A stretch of DNA of 50,052 nt from a virus. The stretch lies in the IMG/VR virus record IMGVR_UViG_3300027521_000001, positions 1 to 50,052 of that record. One strand, 5' to 3'. Of the stretch, positions 1-7,097 are shown piece by piece. Made by a program: the position numbers and the translations under genes. The notes under the pieces are model-generated. The model did no database searches, had not been told where the DNA came from, and saw nothing but the letters and a program-made list of their open reading frames with translations. The number at the start of each line of letters is the position of its first letter. Positions within the stretch are counted from its first letter, which is position 1.

Positions 1-99
1 GGGGCGCCAGGACGGCGCAGTAAGGCATCCGGCGCTGGTGGTTCGAATCCGCCCGGTGGGCAGGCCAGCTCTCAGTAAGGGCATCGCGCCTCAGGGGCT
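1..99. repeat. Terminal direct repeat, copy 1 (identical to 49954..50052)
   Basis: Base-by-base comparison shows bases 1-99 equal the last 99 bases of the window. The repeat touches both window ends, giving a unit length of 49953 bp. Confidence 0.97.
37..53 (+). other. tRNA T-arm-like hairpin (GGTGG TTCGAAT CCGCC), not part of a foldable tRNA
   Basis: 5-bp stem including one G-T pair, with a consensus T-loop TTCGAAT. I could not build an acceptor stem or anticodon arm from the flanks on either side of the junction. Confidence 0.4.
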
Positions 100-111
100 A
101 GAGGGTCCGTC

Positions 112-126
112 GCAGTTCGACTCTGC
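112..126 (+). other. Second tRNA T-arm-like hairpin (GCAG TTCGACT CTGC)
   Basis: 4-bp stem plus a T-loop-like heptamer. As with the first hairpin, a CAGTAAGG(G)CATC motif lies upstream (18-29 for the first, 73-85 for this one). Confidence 0.35.
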
Positions 127-136
127 CGCCGCGAGC

Positions 137-165
137 TTGCATCTCCCCTCCCGCAGGCGTAGACT
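137..165 (+). promoter_or_regulatory. Sigma70-like promoter TTGCAT-17 nt-TAGACT
   Basis: -35 at 137-142 and -10 at 160-165. The first ATG (174) starts 8 nt after the -10, suggesting a leaderless or near-leaderless transcript. Confidence 0.55.
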
Positions 166-173
166 CAGCGCCG

Positions 174-461
174 ATGCCGCCCGCTGACCCGGCCCCGTTG
201 CCGCCAGTTCCGACCGCGACCGCGGTCCTGCCGCCGGCTGAGGCCGGCGAGACCACGAGCGAGTATCGCCTCGTCCGCGTCTTTGGCATCATCACCACTA
301 CCGGCTACTCACTGCTCGTCGGAGCTGTCGGCGCGCACCTGGTCACGATGACCGCGGACGCCCTGGCCTTCTTGGGCTCGGCGCTGGTTACGGTCAACGG
401 GGCGGTGATCGCGGTCTATGCGGCAGCGCGGTCGAGCCGCAAGAAGGGGACGCCGGGATGA
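174..461 (+). CDS. Small membrane protein, unknown function
   Basis: 95-aa ORF directly after the promoter. It has two hydrophobic stretches (GIITTTGYSLLVGAVGAHLV, ALAFLGSALVTVNGAVIAVYAA) and its stop overlaps the next start (ATGA). Confidence 0.6.
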   Translation: MPPADPAPLPPVPTATAVLPPAEAGETTSEYRLVRVFGIITTTGYSLLVGAVGAHLVTMTADALAFLGSALVTVNGAVIAVYAAARSSRKKGTPG

Positions 462-661
462 AGACCCTCTGCGCCAGGATCGGAGGAATAGGCGGTCCCG
501 TCGCCGAACTTTCGGAGGACGGCTCGCGCTCTCTCTACGGCCCTGGCTACAAGCACTCGGGCGACTTCACGGTTTTTACGATACCCGACGCTCCACCAGA
601 GTACGAAGCCGCCTTCATTCACTGGTGCCGCGAGAACACATTCGCCGCTTGGCCTTCGTGA
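458..661 (+). CDS. Hypothetical protein
   Basis: 67-aa ORF with balanced composition, coupled to both neighbours by overlapping stop and start codons. Confidence 0.6.
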   Translation: MKTLCARIGGIGGPVAELSEDGSRSLYGPGYKHSGDFTVFTIPDAPPEYEAAFIHWCRENTFAAWPS

Positions 662-831
662 TGAGATACGGGAAGACTATCGCGCTGAGGAAGGTAATGC
701 GCGAGGCGCTGGGGCGCGGTGAAACCTGCTTGGAGCTCAGCCGGCACGGTGGCCTGATCGTACACCGCCCCGGAAGGCCGCCAGAGATCCAACCCTCAAG
801 CTTTCCGCTTCTCGGAGCGCAGAGGCCATGA
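661..831 (+). CDS. Hypothetical protein (MRYGKTIALRKV...)
   Basis: Internal ATG of track ORF 418..831. It forms a TGATG overlap with the upstream stop and an ATGA overlap with the downstream start. Confidence 0.5.
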   Translation: MRYGKTIALRKVMREALGRGETCLELSRHGGLIVHRPGRPPEIQPSSFPLLGAQRP

Positions 832-1130
832 TCCCCGAGCCCATCACCAACGCGCAGGCCCTCCCGCAGTCCACCGCGCGGCGCCGCTCCGGCATCCTCG
901 AACAGGAGCCGGAGAACGTCATCCACGGCACCCGCAACCGGCCGGGACCGTTCGCCGGCAAGGACGAGAGCTACCCGGTCGGGGACAAGAAGCACGTCAA
1001 GCTCGCCCTATCCGGTCTGTCCCATGCCATCAACGCCCACACGATCCAGCCCGGCGCTGCTGCCAAGGTCCGGGCGAAGATCCACTCCCAGGCGGCAAAG
1101 CTTGGGGTGCAAGTCTCGGGAGGGAAGTGA
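828..1130 (+). CDS. Hypothetical protein with YPVGDKKHVKLALS motif
   Basis: 100-aa ORF. The motif resembles the YP(I/V)xDxxHVxxAL box seen in small phage head-module proteins; this is from memory only. Confidence 0.6.
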   Translation: MIPEPITNAQALPQSTARRRSGILEQEPENVIHGTRNRPGPFAGKDESYPVGDKKHVKLALSGLSHAINAHTIQPGAAAKVRAKIHSQAAKLGVQVSGGK

Positions 1131-1133
1131 ACC

Positions 1134-1838
1134 ATGCCACACCCGCGTCGCATCGGTGGCGGTCTCCTGGCTGCCGCTGTCGCCTTCGCTCTCCCTGTCG
1201 CCTTCGCTCTCTGCACGCTGGTCGCGAGCCTGGGACCGCGCGCCACAGCACAGGTGAACTACCCGCTACTCACCGGCGACCCGCACTGGCGCGGTCCTGT
1301 CTCGAACTCGGCCGCCCTGCCCGCGACCCGCAACAGCAACGGCGACATCATCGAGACCCTGGACACTCACTTCCTGTGGATCTGGGACTCGACCGCTTCC
1401 GCCTGGTCGACCAGCTCCGTCCGGCGCGGCAACCACGGCGAGAGCTCCGTGCCGTTCCTGCTCTGGGAGAACATCTCGCTTTCGACATCGGGCGTGACCT
1501 CGACCGGGACACACAACCTGCTGCCCGCCAGCTCCCTCATCGACCATGTCGACTGCGTCGTGACCACGACAGTCACCGGCTCGGGAGTCACCGGCCTGCA
1601 GGTTGGAGATGGCAGCACTGTCGATCGCTTCCTCTCGGCTGGCGCTCTGGCGCTCACGGCGGGGAGCAAGGCGATCGGCTGGAATGTCCGCCGTCCGGCC
1701 TACGCCACGACCGACGCCAAGGGGCCGACGCAGGCCGCCCTCGCGCAGGTGGTGGTGACTGCGGTCGGGGGAACGCCCACGGCGGGCGCGGTCAGCTGCT
1801 CTTCCTTCGGGTCTACGATCACGGCGCCGGCAAGCTGA
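1134..1838 (+). CDS. Sec-signal exported protein sharing an N-terminal motif with the 3545..5086 protein
   Basis: N-terminus MPHPRRIGGGLLAAAVAFALPVAFALCTLVASLGPRATA-Q looks like a cleavable signal peptide. The motif ALPATRNSNGDIIETLDTHFLWIWDSTASAW is paralogous to ALPPSGNALGDCRSTRDTGLLYCWNGSW in 3545..5086. Confidence 0.7.
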   Translation: MPHPRRIGGGLLAAAVAFALPVAFALCTLVASLGPRATAQVNYPLLTGDPHWRGPVSNSAALPATRNSNGDIIETLDTHFLWIWDSTASAWSTSSVRRGNHGESSVPFLLWENISLSTSGVTSTGTHNLLPASSLIDHVDCVVTTTVTGSGVTGLQVGDGSTVDRFLSAGALALTAGSKAIGWNVRRPAYATTDAKGPTQAALAQVVVTAVGGTPTAGAVSCSSFGSTITAPAS

Positions 1839-2128
1839 TGAAGCCCTCCATCGGCAGGATCGTGCACTACGTCACGATGGGAAGCGATCCACTGGCGGAT
1901 GAGCACTTTCGCGCCGGCCTCCATGCGCCAGCCATAGTCGCCGCTCTGATGCCGCTGGTGGAACAGGACGAGAGCTGCATGCTCGCCATGTTTCTTCCTG
2001 GCTTCGAGCGTGTCCTGCCGATCGTTGCCGCGCATTCGGAGGGCCGCGAGCCGGGCACCTGGCACTGGCCGGAGCGCGAGGAAGGCGATGCTCCAGCGGT
2101 CCCGGCGCGGCGACAGGACGGCCTATGA
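1838..2128 (+). CDS. Hypothetical protein (MKPSIGRIVHYV...)
   Basis: Internal ATG of track ORF 1127..2128 with a TGATG overlap to the upstream stop. The sequence upstream in that frame is Arg/Pro-rich and not protein-like. Confidence 0.55.
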   Translation: MKPSIGRIVHYVTMGSDPLADEHFRAGLHAPAIVAALMPLVEQDESCMLAMFLPGFERVLPIVAAHSEGREPGTWHWPEREEGDAPAVPARRQDGL

Positions 2129-2394
2129 AGCGGGCCGCTGTTCTCATTCTCGCCTGCACCCTCGCCGGTTGCTCCTGGTTCGAGAAGCCCTGCGCCAGCT
2201 GCGGTCCAGCCGGCCCCAACATCCCGCCGCGCTACGTCGGGCCGTCCGCAGCCGAGCAGCAGTGCATCAAGGCACGGAACGACGCCCTCTTGGCCTACAA
2301 CGGCATCTTGGACGGGGCGGCAAAGGAGCGAGTGGCCGCCGCCTGCTGGCCGCTGGTCCTATCGCTGCCGCCCACAGGGAAGTGGCCGCAATGA
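2125..2394 (+). CDS. Lipoprotein 1 (lipobox TLAGC)
   Basis: MKRAAVLILACTLAG-C is a signal peptide plus lipobox. The mature part is Cys-rich, and ATGA overlaps occur at both ends. Confidence 0.7.
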   Translation: MKRAAVLILACTLAGCSWFEKPCASCGPAGPNIPPRYVGPSAAEQQCIKARNDALLAYNGILDGAAKERVAAACWPLVLSLPPTGKWPQ

Positions 2395-2618
2395 CCCGCG
2401 CCCTCTGCCTGCTCGCCCTCGCCGCGCTGCTCGCCGGCTGCCAGCCGTACTACATAGTCGACTACAACACCGGCATTCCGACCGAGTGCCGGGTGACGGA
2501 GCGGACCACGACGGGGTTTATCTGCATCGACAAGTGGAAGCGGTTCTGGTCCTGCCGCTGGACGCCGGCCAGCAAGGAGCTGGACGGGCAATGCTCGCCG
2601 CTGGGAGGGAAGCCATGA
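2391..2618 (+). CDS. Lipoprotein 2 (lipobox LLAGC)
   Basis: MTRALCLLALAALLAG-C, using an internal ATG of track ORF 2010..2618. ATGA overlaps occur at both ends. Confidence 0.7.
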   Translation: MTRALCLLALAALLAGCQPYYIVDYNTGIPTECRVTERTTTGFICIDKWKRFWSCRWTPASKELDGQCSPLGGKP

Positions 2619-3337
2619 AGCGCGCCGCCCTGCTCGCCGCCCTGCTGCTCCTCGCCGGCTGCGCCAGCACCACGCGCACGCCGCTGGCTAGCTTCCCGTG
2701 GATCAACGCTATCCGTCACGCGCCGCCCGTCCTCGCCTGGAGGTGCGAGTCGGCGCGCGGCGACATCCGCGGCGATTTCGTGTTCTGCCATCCGGACCCA
2801 GATGCGCCGCCTCAGATGGACCAGGCCGCGCACCTGAGCTACGACCCGGACGGGACCGGAGGCTGGTCCAAGGTCGATAGCGACCCAGCCGCCACGCCGT
2901 GCCTGAAGCACTGCGGTGATCCAGCTCACCCGGGCTGCTGGGGCATCTGCGAGAGGGCAGGCATCGATCCCCGCAGCCCGCAGCAGAAGGCGCCTCCGGG
3001 CGACGCTTACGCGATTCGCGGTGCTGCCCATACGGCGCTACCGCAGTCCGGGGCGCCTTCTGGTACGAGCCCGGCGCCTTCTGCTGCGGAGCAATTCCGC
3101 TGCCTCTGGTTTGGGGAGCGGGATGAACGGCAGGCCCTCGCGTGCGGGGATAGCTCAACTGGTAGAGCGGCGGCTAGCCATGCCGGCGGTTTCGGGTTCG
3201 AGTCCCGCTCCCCGCTTTCCGCAGTCCCGGCGCCGAGCCCCACTCCCCGCTGGGAGTCGGCCCCGGCAGCGACTCGGCGCCGCGTTACACCCTGGCCGAG
3301 TTTCTCCTGCGCCTGCGCAGCAGGGTCGGCGACATGA
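2615..3337 (+). CDS. Lipoprotein 3 (lipobox LLAGC); 3' end uncertain
   Basis: MKRAALLAALLLLAG-C, using an internal ATG of track ORF 2486..3337. The frame has no stop until 3337, so it reads straight through the tRNA at 3144..3216. The translation after about 3100 is low-complexity. Confidence 0.55.
   Translation: MKRAALLAALLLLAGCASTTRTPLASFPWINAIRHAPPVLAWRCESARGDIRGDFVFCHPDPDAPPQMDQAAHLSYDPDGTGGWSKVDSDPAATPCLKHCGDPAHPGCWGICERAGIDPRSPQQKAPPGDAYAIRGAAHTALPQSGAPSGTSPAPSAAEQFRCLWFGERDERQALACGDSSTGRAAASHAGGFGFESRSPLSAVPAPSPTPRWESAPAATRRRVTPWPSFSCACAAGSAT
3144..3216 (+). tRNA. tRNA, probably Gly(GCC), with an unusual anticodon loop TAGCCAT (A at position 33)
   Basis: Hand-folded cloverleaf. The acceptor GCGGGGA/TCCCCGC pairs 7/7, the D arm is GCTC-AACTGGTA-GAGC, the anticodon stem is CGGC/GCCG plus one G-G mismatch, and the T arm is (T)CGGG-TTCGAGT-CCCG(C). 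Confidence 0.8.
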
Positions 3338-3447
3338 TCGCCAGGAACCCCAAGAATCACGCCGATCAGTGGCTCGTCGCGGAGCGGTACTTTGCTGACA
3401 ACTTCGAGCCGATCGACCCGCCGCCGACCGCGGTGCCCCCGCGATGA
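3334..3447 (+). CDS. Small ORF (MIARNPKNHADQWLVAERYFADNFEPIDPPP...)
   Basis: The protein-like frame is open from 3178 but has no ATG/GTG/TTG before 3334. Its stop overlaps the next ATG (ATGA). Confidence 0.3.
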   Translation: MIARNPKNHADQWLVAERYFADNFEPIDPPPTAVPPR

Positions 3448-3548
3448 CCGACCGGGAACTCCGCGCCCTCGAGCTGGCGCTGCGCCACGCGACGGCGCAG
3501 GAGATCGCAGAGACACTCGCAGCCATCCGGAGGGGAGGCTCGTGGTGA
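3444..3548 (+). CDS. Small ORF (MTDRELRALELALRHATAQEIAETLAAIRRGGSW)
   Basis: 34 codons, overlap-coupled on both sides (ATGA upstream, GTGA downstream). Confidence 0.35.
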   Translation: MTDRELRALELALRHATAQEIAETLAAIRRGGSW

Positions 3549-5086
3549 AGGTGAAGGCATTCCTCTTCGTCGTTCTCCTCTGCTGCGCCGCCGCTCTATC
3601 CGCCCAGCTCCCGACGCCCGTCACGCCGAGCACTACTCCCGGGCCGAGCGCGCCCTTCGCCGGTCGCAGCGTCGCCACCTTTACCGCTCTTCCTCCGTCC
3701 GGCAACGCTCTGGGTGACTGCAGAAGCACCCGCGACACCGGCCTGCTCTACTGCTGGAACGGCTCCTGGGTGACCGGCAGCGGTGGCGGTGGATCCGGCA
3801 CGCTTACCTCCTTCGGAGTGTCGTCGCTTCCCTGGCTCGCTGTCGCGAATCCGACGACAACGCCTGTCCTCTCGCCAGCTACAGGGCAGACCTCCGGCCT
3901 GGTCATCGGCACGTGCGGGAGTGCGACCACGGTCGGGCTGTGTGCGCTGACCGCCGCGATGATCCCGACGCTCAACCAGAACACCACCGGGAATGCAGCG
4001 ACCTCGAGCGACGGCCTGTCGAGCGCGAGCGGCACGGCACCACTGAACCTCTCGCTGTCGTCCAAGGCGCTGACCGGCTCCGTCACCATCACGCCGGCGA
4101 ACCCCGGCGGCGCCGTGGCCCTGCAGGCGACCACGCCCGGGACGGCTCAGACCGGCAATGCCAATTTGAGCGGCACCATGATCGCCGGCGCCTTCTCTGG
4201 CCCGCTCACCGGCAACGTGACCGGGAATGCCTCCGGCACCGCGACGAATGTCACTGGGACCGTTGCAGCCGCGCACGGCGGGACAGACAACACGGCAGCC
4301 GCCGATTCGAGTATCCTGATCGGCAACGGCACCGTCTTCCTGCTCAAGCTGGTAGCGGACTGTATTGATTCGGGCGGCAATCACCTCAACTACACGGCGG
4401 CCACCCATACCTTCAGCTGCGGCACCAGTAGCTCGGGAGGGGGCGCCCTCTCGAACCCCCTACCAGCGGGCTCCCTGTCGTCCGCCGCTCTTCAGGTCGT
4501 TGACGCCGGTACCGGCCTCTCGCAGCAGGCGGCGCACACGCTCTCGCTGGCCGCCAACGGCGCCGGATTCCTCCGCGGTATCGGCGTAGCATCCCCAACC
4601 GACTACCTGACCGCGACCGCTTCAGCGACGGGCGGCGGTGCGACGGGCCCCCAGCTCGGCGTGGGCGGTTCCGATGCCACGATCGACCTGCTGTTTAACA
4701 CCAAGGGCGCCTCCTCCCGCATTGTCTGGAGCATCAACGGTGTCTCCCTCATGGACTTCACAGATGTTGGCGGCGGCGCCTTCGCGCTGCGAAATCTGAG
4801 CGGTCAGTTCCGGGCCGGAGGCGGCATCCTCGACCCCAACTTCGTAGCCTGGAACAACGACACCTATCTCTTCCGTGCTGCCGCGGGCGTTGCCGCTGTG
4901 AGCAGCGCCGCAAACGGCAATGGCGGCGGAAGCCTCTTGCTCACCGAGATCCAACTCGTACCCGGCGCCGTTGGCACATGCGGCTCGGGCCAAAAGGGAC
5001 ATCTCAGAGTTGCGGCTGACGGAACCCTATGCAGTTGCAACGGAACGACCTGGACGGCAACCCCGCTGACTGGATCATGTATTTGA
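3545..5086 (+). CDS. Tail-fibre-like protein with an N-terminal signal-peptide-like segment
   Basis: GTG start 8 nt after GGAGG gives MKVKAFLFVVLLCCAAALSA-Q. It contains Gly/Thr/Asn-rich repeats (TGNVTGNASGTATNVTG) and a fibre-like HGGTDNT motif. The C-terminus GHLRVAADGTLCSCNGTTW repeats the N-terminal motif type. Confidence 0.8.
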   Translation: MKVKAFLFVVLLCCAAALSAQLPTPVTPSTTPGPSAPFAGRSVATFTALPPSGNALGDCRSTRDTGLLYCWNGSWVTGSGGGGSGTLTSFGVSSLPWLAVANPTTTPVLSPATGQTSGLVIGTCGSATTVGLCALTAAMIPTLNQNTTGNAATSSDGLSSASGTAPLNLSLSSKALTGSVTITPANPGGAVALQATTPGTAQTGNANLSGTMIAGAFSGPLTGNVTGNASGTATNVTGTVAAAHGGTDNTAAADSSILIGNGTVFLLKLVADCIDSGGNHLNYTAATHTFSCGTSSSGGGALSNPLPAGSLSSAALQVVDAGTGLSQQAAHTLSLAANGAGFLRGIGVASPTDYLTATASATGGGATGPQLGVGGSDATIDLLFNTKGASSRIVWSINGVSLMDFTDVGGGAFALRNLSGQFRAGGGILDPNFVAWNNDTYLFRAAAGVAAVSSAANGNGGGSLLLTEIQLVPGAVGTCGSGQKGHLRVAADGTLCSCNGTTWTATPLTGSCI

Positions 5087-5217
5087 TGCGCCGCCTTCGA
5101 TGCCTGCTCTTCGGGCACGACTTCCGCGAGCCGCTCCAGCCGGCGCAAGGCTACCGGCCTAGAACTCTCCGCTGCGCCTGTGGCGAAGCGATGATCTTCG
5201 ACCCGATGAACTACTGA
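5086..5217 (+). CDS. Small Cys/His protein (MRRLRCLLFGHDF...CACG)
   Basis: Internal ATG of track ORF 5029..5217 with a TGATG overlap to the fibre-like gene stop. An alternative start lies at 5077. Confidence 0.45.
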   Translation: MRRLRCLLFGHDFREPLQPAQGYRPRTLRCACGEAMIFDPMNY

Positions 5218-5231
5218 AGGAGAATCGCAAA

Positions 5232-5516
5232 ATGGGACTGACTCTAACGCAGAACGGTGACGGCAGCCTGACCTTCGTCGACCAGGACGGTAACGAGGGA
5301 ACCTTCAAGCTCGGCGTTGTCGACTCCGACCCGACGCGCGGGTTGCTCATCGCCGTCTCCAAGGATGGCGTCGAAGCCCCCGTCGGAACGCTCAGTATGG
5401 CGAGCGCCGGCCGGCTCGAGATGCAGCTCAGGAATGCGGGGGGCTCGGCATTCGTCCTCACCGAGGCCGCGACCATCCCCAATCCAGACGCAGGCCTGAT
5501 CACCTGGGCCGGCTGA
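5232..5516 (+). CDS. Hypothetical protein
   Basis: 94-aa ORF preceded by AAGGAG 8 nt upstream, with balanced composition. Confidence 0.75.
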   Translation: MGLTLTQNGDGSLTFVDQDGNEGTFKLGVVDSDPTRGLLIAVSKDGVEAPVGTLSMASAGRLEMQLRNAGGSAFVLTEAATIPNPDAGLITWAG

Positions 5517-5522
5517 GACGGC

Positions 5523-5864
5523 GTGGCCGCCCTCTCCGACGCCGACTTCCCGACCGGCTTCGCCTACTCCGACCGCGAGCGGTTGAAGCGGGTCGAGGCG
5601 AAGCTAGACCAGCTACTTTCCAAGGAGGAACGCATGTCAGCAACTCTCGACGCCCTCGTAGCACAGGTGGCCGCCACGACCACCGTCGAAGCCAGCGCCG
5701 TCGCCGCGTTCAACGGCATCGCCGCCCAGATCGCCACCCTTGCGGCCCAGAAGGAAGACGCCGACCTCGCCGGCCTGGCGGACAAGCTGAAGGCCAGTGC
5801 GGCGGCTCTCGGTGCCGCTGTCGTGGCGAACACGCCGGCCGCGCCCGCAGCGCCAGCAAGCTGA
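5523..5864 (+). CDS. Ala-rich coiled-coil protein, unknown function
   Basis: 113-aa ORF with a GTG start, followed by a terminator-like hairpin. Confidence 0.65.
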   Translation: MAALSDADFPTGFAYSDRERLKRVEAKLDQLLSKEERMSATLDALVAQVAATTTVEASAVAAFNGIAAQIATLAAQKEDADLAGLADKLKASAAALGAAVVANTPAAPAAPAS

Positions 5865-5898
5865 CCGTGCTACGATAGCGACCGCATGACCTCCCTCC

Positions 5899-5943
5899 TC
5901 CGGCTCCTGCGCGGGCGGAAGACTGCCGGGAGCCGGACCTTTT
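5899..5943 (+). terminator. Rho-independent terminator candidate
   Basis: A 9-bp stem (TCCGGCTCC at 5899-5907 pairing with GGAGCCGGA at 5929-5937) is followed by CCTTTT. It lies 35 nt after the stop at 5864. Confidence 0.5.
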
Positions 5944-5955
5944 GAGGAGACGGCA

Positions 5956-6279
5956 ATGCCGATGACCAGGCGAGGATTCTTCGGGGCGCTAGCGGGGCTG
6001 GCGGCAGCGGTAGGGCTGGCGTCGATCGCCAAGGCAGTACCGCCATCGCCCGCAGTCCCGGAAGTCGCACCGCGACCCCAAGGCGAATGGCGCAGCCAGA
6101 CGACTGCTCTGATGGCGGACCGCAGCATGATCTCCCTTGAAGCGGCCGAGCCGATCGAGGCAGGAGATCTGTTGACGCTGACGGAGGACGGAAGGGCACG
6201 CCGCTATCGGTACGGTCACGACAAAGGGCGAAAGCCCTTCGGTCGCGCCATTTCCTATAAGACTTGGCTGGATCGCTGA
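5956..6279 (+). CDS. Tat-signal protein (MPMTRRGFFGALAGLAAAVGLASIAKA)
   Basis: A twin-arginine motif TRRGFFG is followed by a hydrophobic region and an AKA cleavage-like site. GAGGAG lies upstream of the ATG. Confidence 0.7.
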   Translation: MPMTRRGFFGALAGLAAAVGLASIAKAVPPSPAVPEVAPRPQGEWRSQTTALMADRSMISLEAAEPIEAGDLLTLTEDGRARRYRYGHDKGRKPFGRAISYKTWLDR

Positions 6280-7097
6280 TGACCACTTCCGACCCGATCA
6301 GCCTGGGAGCGACCGGCCTCCACCTGCAAGACCTCGCCGTCTCGATCTACAAGCGCACCGGAACCAGCGGCAACGCCGTCCTGCTTGCCTCCTACGAGGG
6401 GCCGTGGGTTTCCGGCGGCCCCTACACGATCGGCGATATCGTCTACTCGTCCGCGGTCTGGTACTCGAACCTGACCGGCGTCAACACCTCGACGGCGCCG
6501 GCGGGAGACGCGACCAACTGGGCCGTCTTCGTGCCGCCGCTCGCCTTGGTGGAGCTCGGGGACAGCCTCTACCAGCTGACGGGCCTGACCGACGCGCTAC
6601 CCAATGACCGCTGGTCGGTCTCGATCGCCCTGGCAGGCTCCCCGTCCTCGATCATCACCACCTACACCTACGGCTTCGTCTTCCCAGGCCGCGGCCCCGA
6701 TGTCATCTCGAACACGCCCGCTGGCTATCAGACCAAGGCCGGCCAGATCGCCATCCGCACCGGGACGGTCTACCCATGGCCCACGGTGGATGTCTACGGC
6801 CTCCCGAGCGACCCGACAGGCGCCACGGGAACCTTTGCCCTGGCGCCGCTCGGCGGGGGCGCCGGGATCACGCTGGCCGGCTCCGTCGCCATCCACACCG
6901 ACGCCTACGGCTCGCCCTCGCAGTACCACGTCCGGGCAGAGTACAAGTGGGCCGCTGCCGACACTCTCATCGGGAACCTGCCGGCCGGCGTCTATGTCGG
7001 CGTCTTCACGCTGACGGTGCCGGTGATCGGGGCTGTTGTGGCGCCCGCGAACGACCAGCTGCGGGTGACGGTGAGCCCGCTGGTGCCGGTGAGCTGA
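6279..7097 (+). CDS. Putative receptor-binding / fibre protein with a CBM5/12-like motif
   Basis: ATG with a TGATG overlap; an alternative TTG lies at 6264. GPYTIGDIVYSSAVWYSNLTGVNTSTAPAGDATNW matches the Y-x-x-GD-x-V...W...P...W pattern of chitin-binding-type modules (from memory). Confidence 0.7.
   Translation: MTTSDPISLGATGLHLQDLAVSIYKRTGTSGNAVLLASYEGPWVSGGPYTIGDIVYSSAVWYSNLTGVNTSTAPAGDATNWAVFVPPLALVELGDSLYQLTGLTDALPNDRWSVSIALAGSPSSIITTYTYGFVFPGRGPDVISNTPAGYQTKAGQIAIRTGTVYPWPTVDVYGLPSDPTGATGTFALAPLGGGAGITLAGSVAIHTDAYGSPSQYHVRAEYKWAAADTLIGNLPAGVYVGVFTLTVPVIGAVVAPANDQLRVTVSPLVPVS

Noticed and set aside
1-99. The 99-bp end repeats as attL/attR of a prophage integrated into a tRNA gene.
   Set aside because: No integrase or excisionase was recognised anywhere. 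The T-arm-like hairpin does not extend into an anticodon arm or a matching acceptor strand. The repeat coincides exactly with the window ends, as expected for a circular contig overlap. The idea is kept only as a minor alternative.
1177-1211. An 18-nt tandem duplication (CTGTCGCCTTCGCTCTC twice) near the start of gene 1134..1838.
   Set aside because: It simply duplicates VAFAL within the hydrophobic core of the signal peptide. It is most likely a slippage duplication without separate function.
3178-3337. A programmed -1 frameshift joining the lipoprotein-3 frame to the downstream protein-like frame.
   Set aside because: I found no X-XXY-YYZ slippery heptamer or obvious downstream stimulatory structure in the overlap. 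An assembly indel or gene remodelling by the tRNA is equally likely.
5869-5879. A shared 11-mer GCTACGATAGC at 5869-5879 and 47783-47793, both intergenic, as a regulatory motif.
   Set aside because: A single exact 11-mer match is expected by chance many times in 50 kb. There are only two copies in different contexts, one before a terminator and one upstream of a gene. That is not enough support.
3545-7097. A diversity-generating retroelement targeting the fibre-like genes.
   Set aside because: No reverse transcriptase ORF was recognised in any frame. I saw no template/variable repeat pair near the C-termini of the fibre-like proteins.
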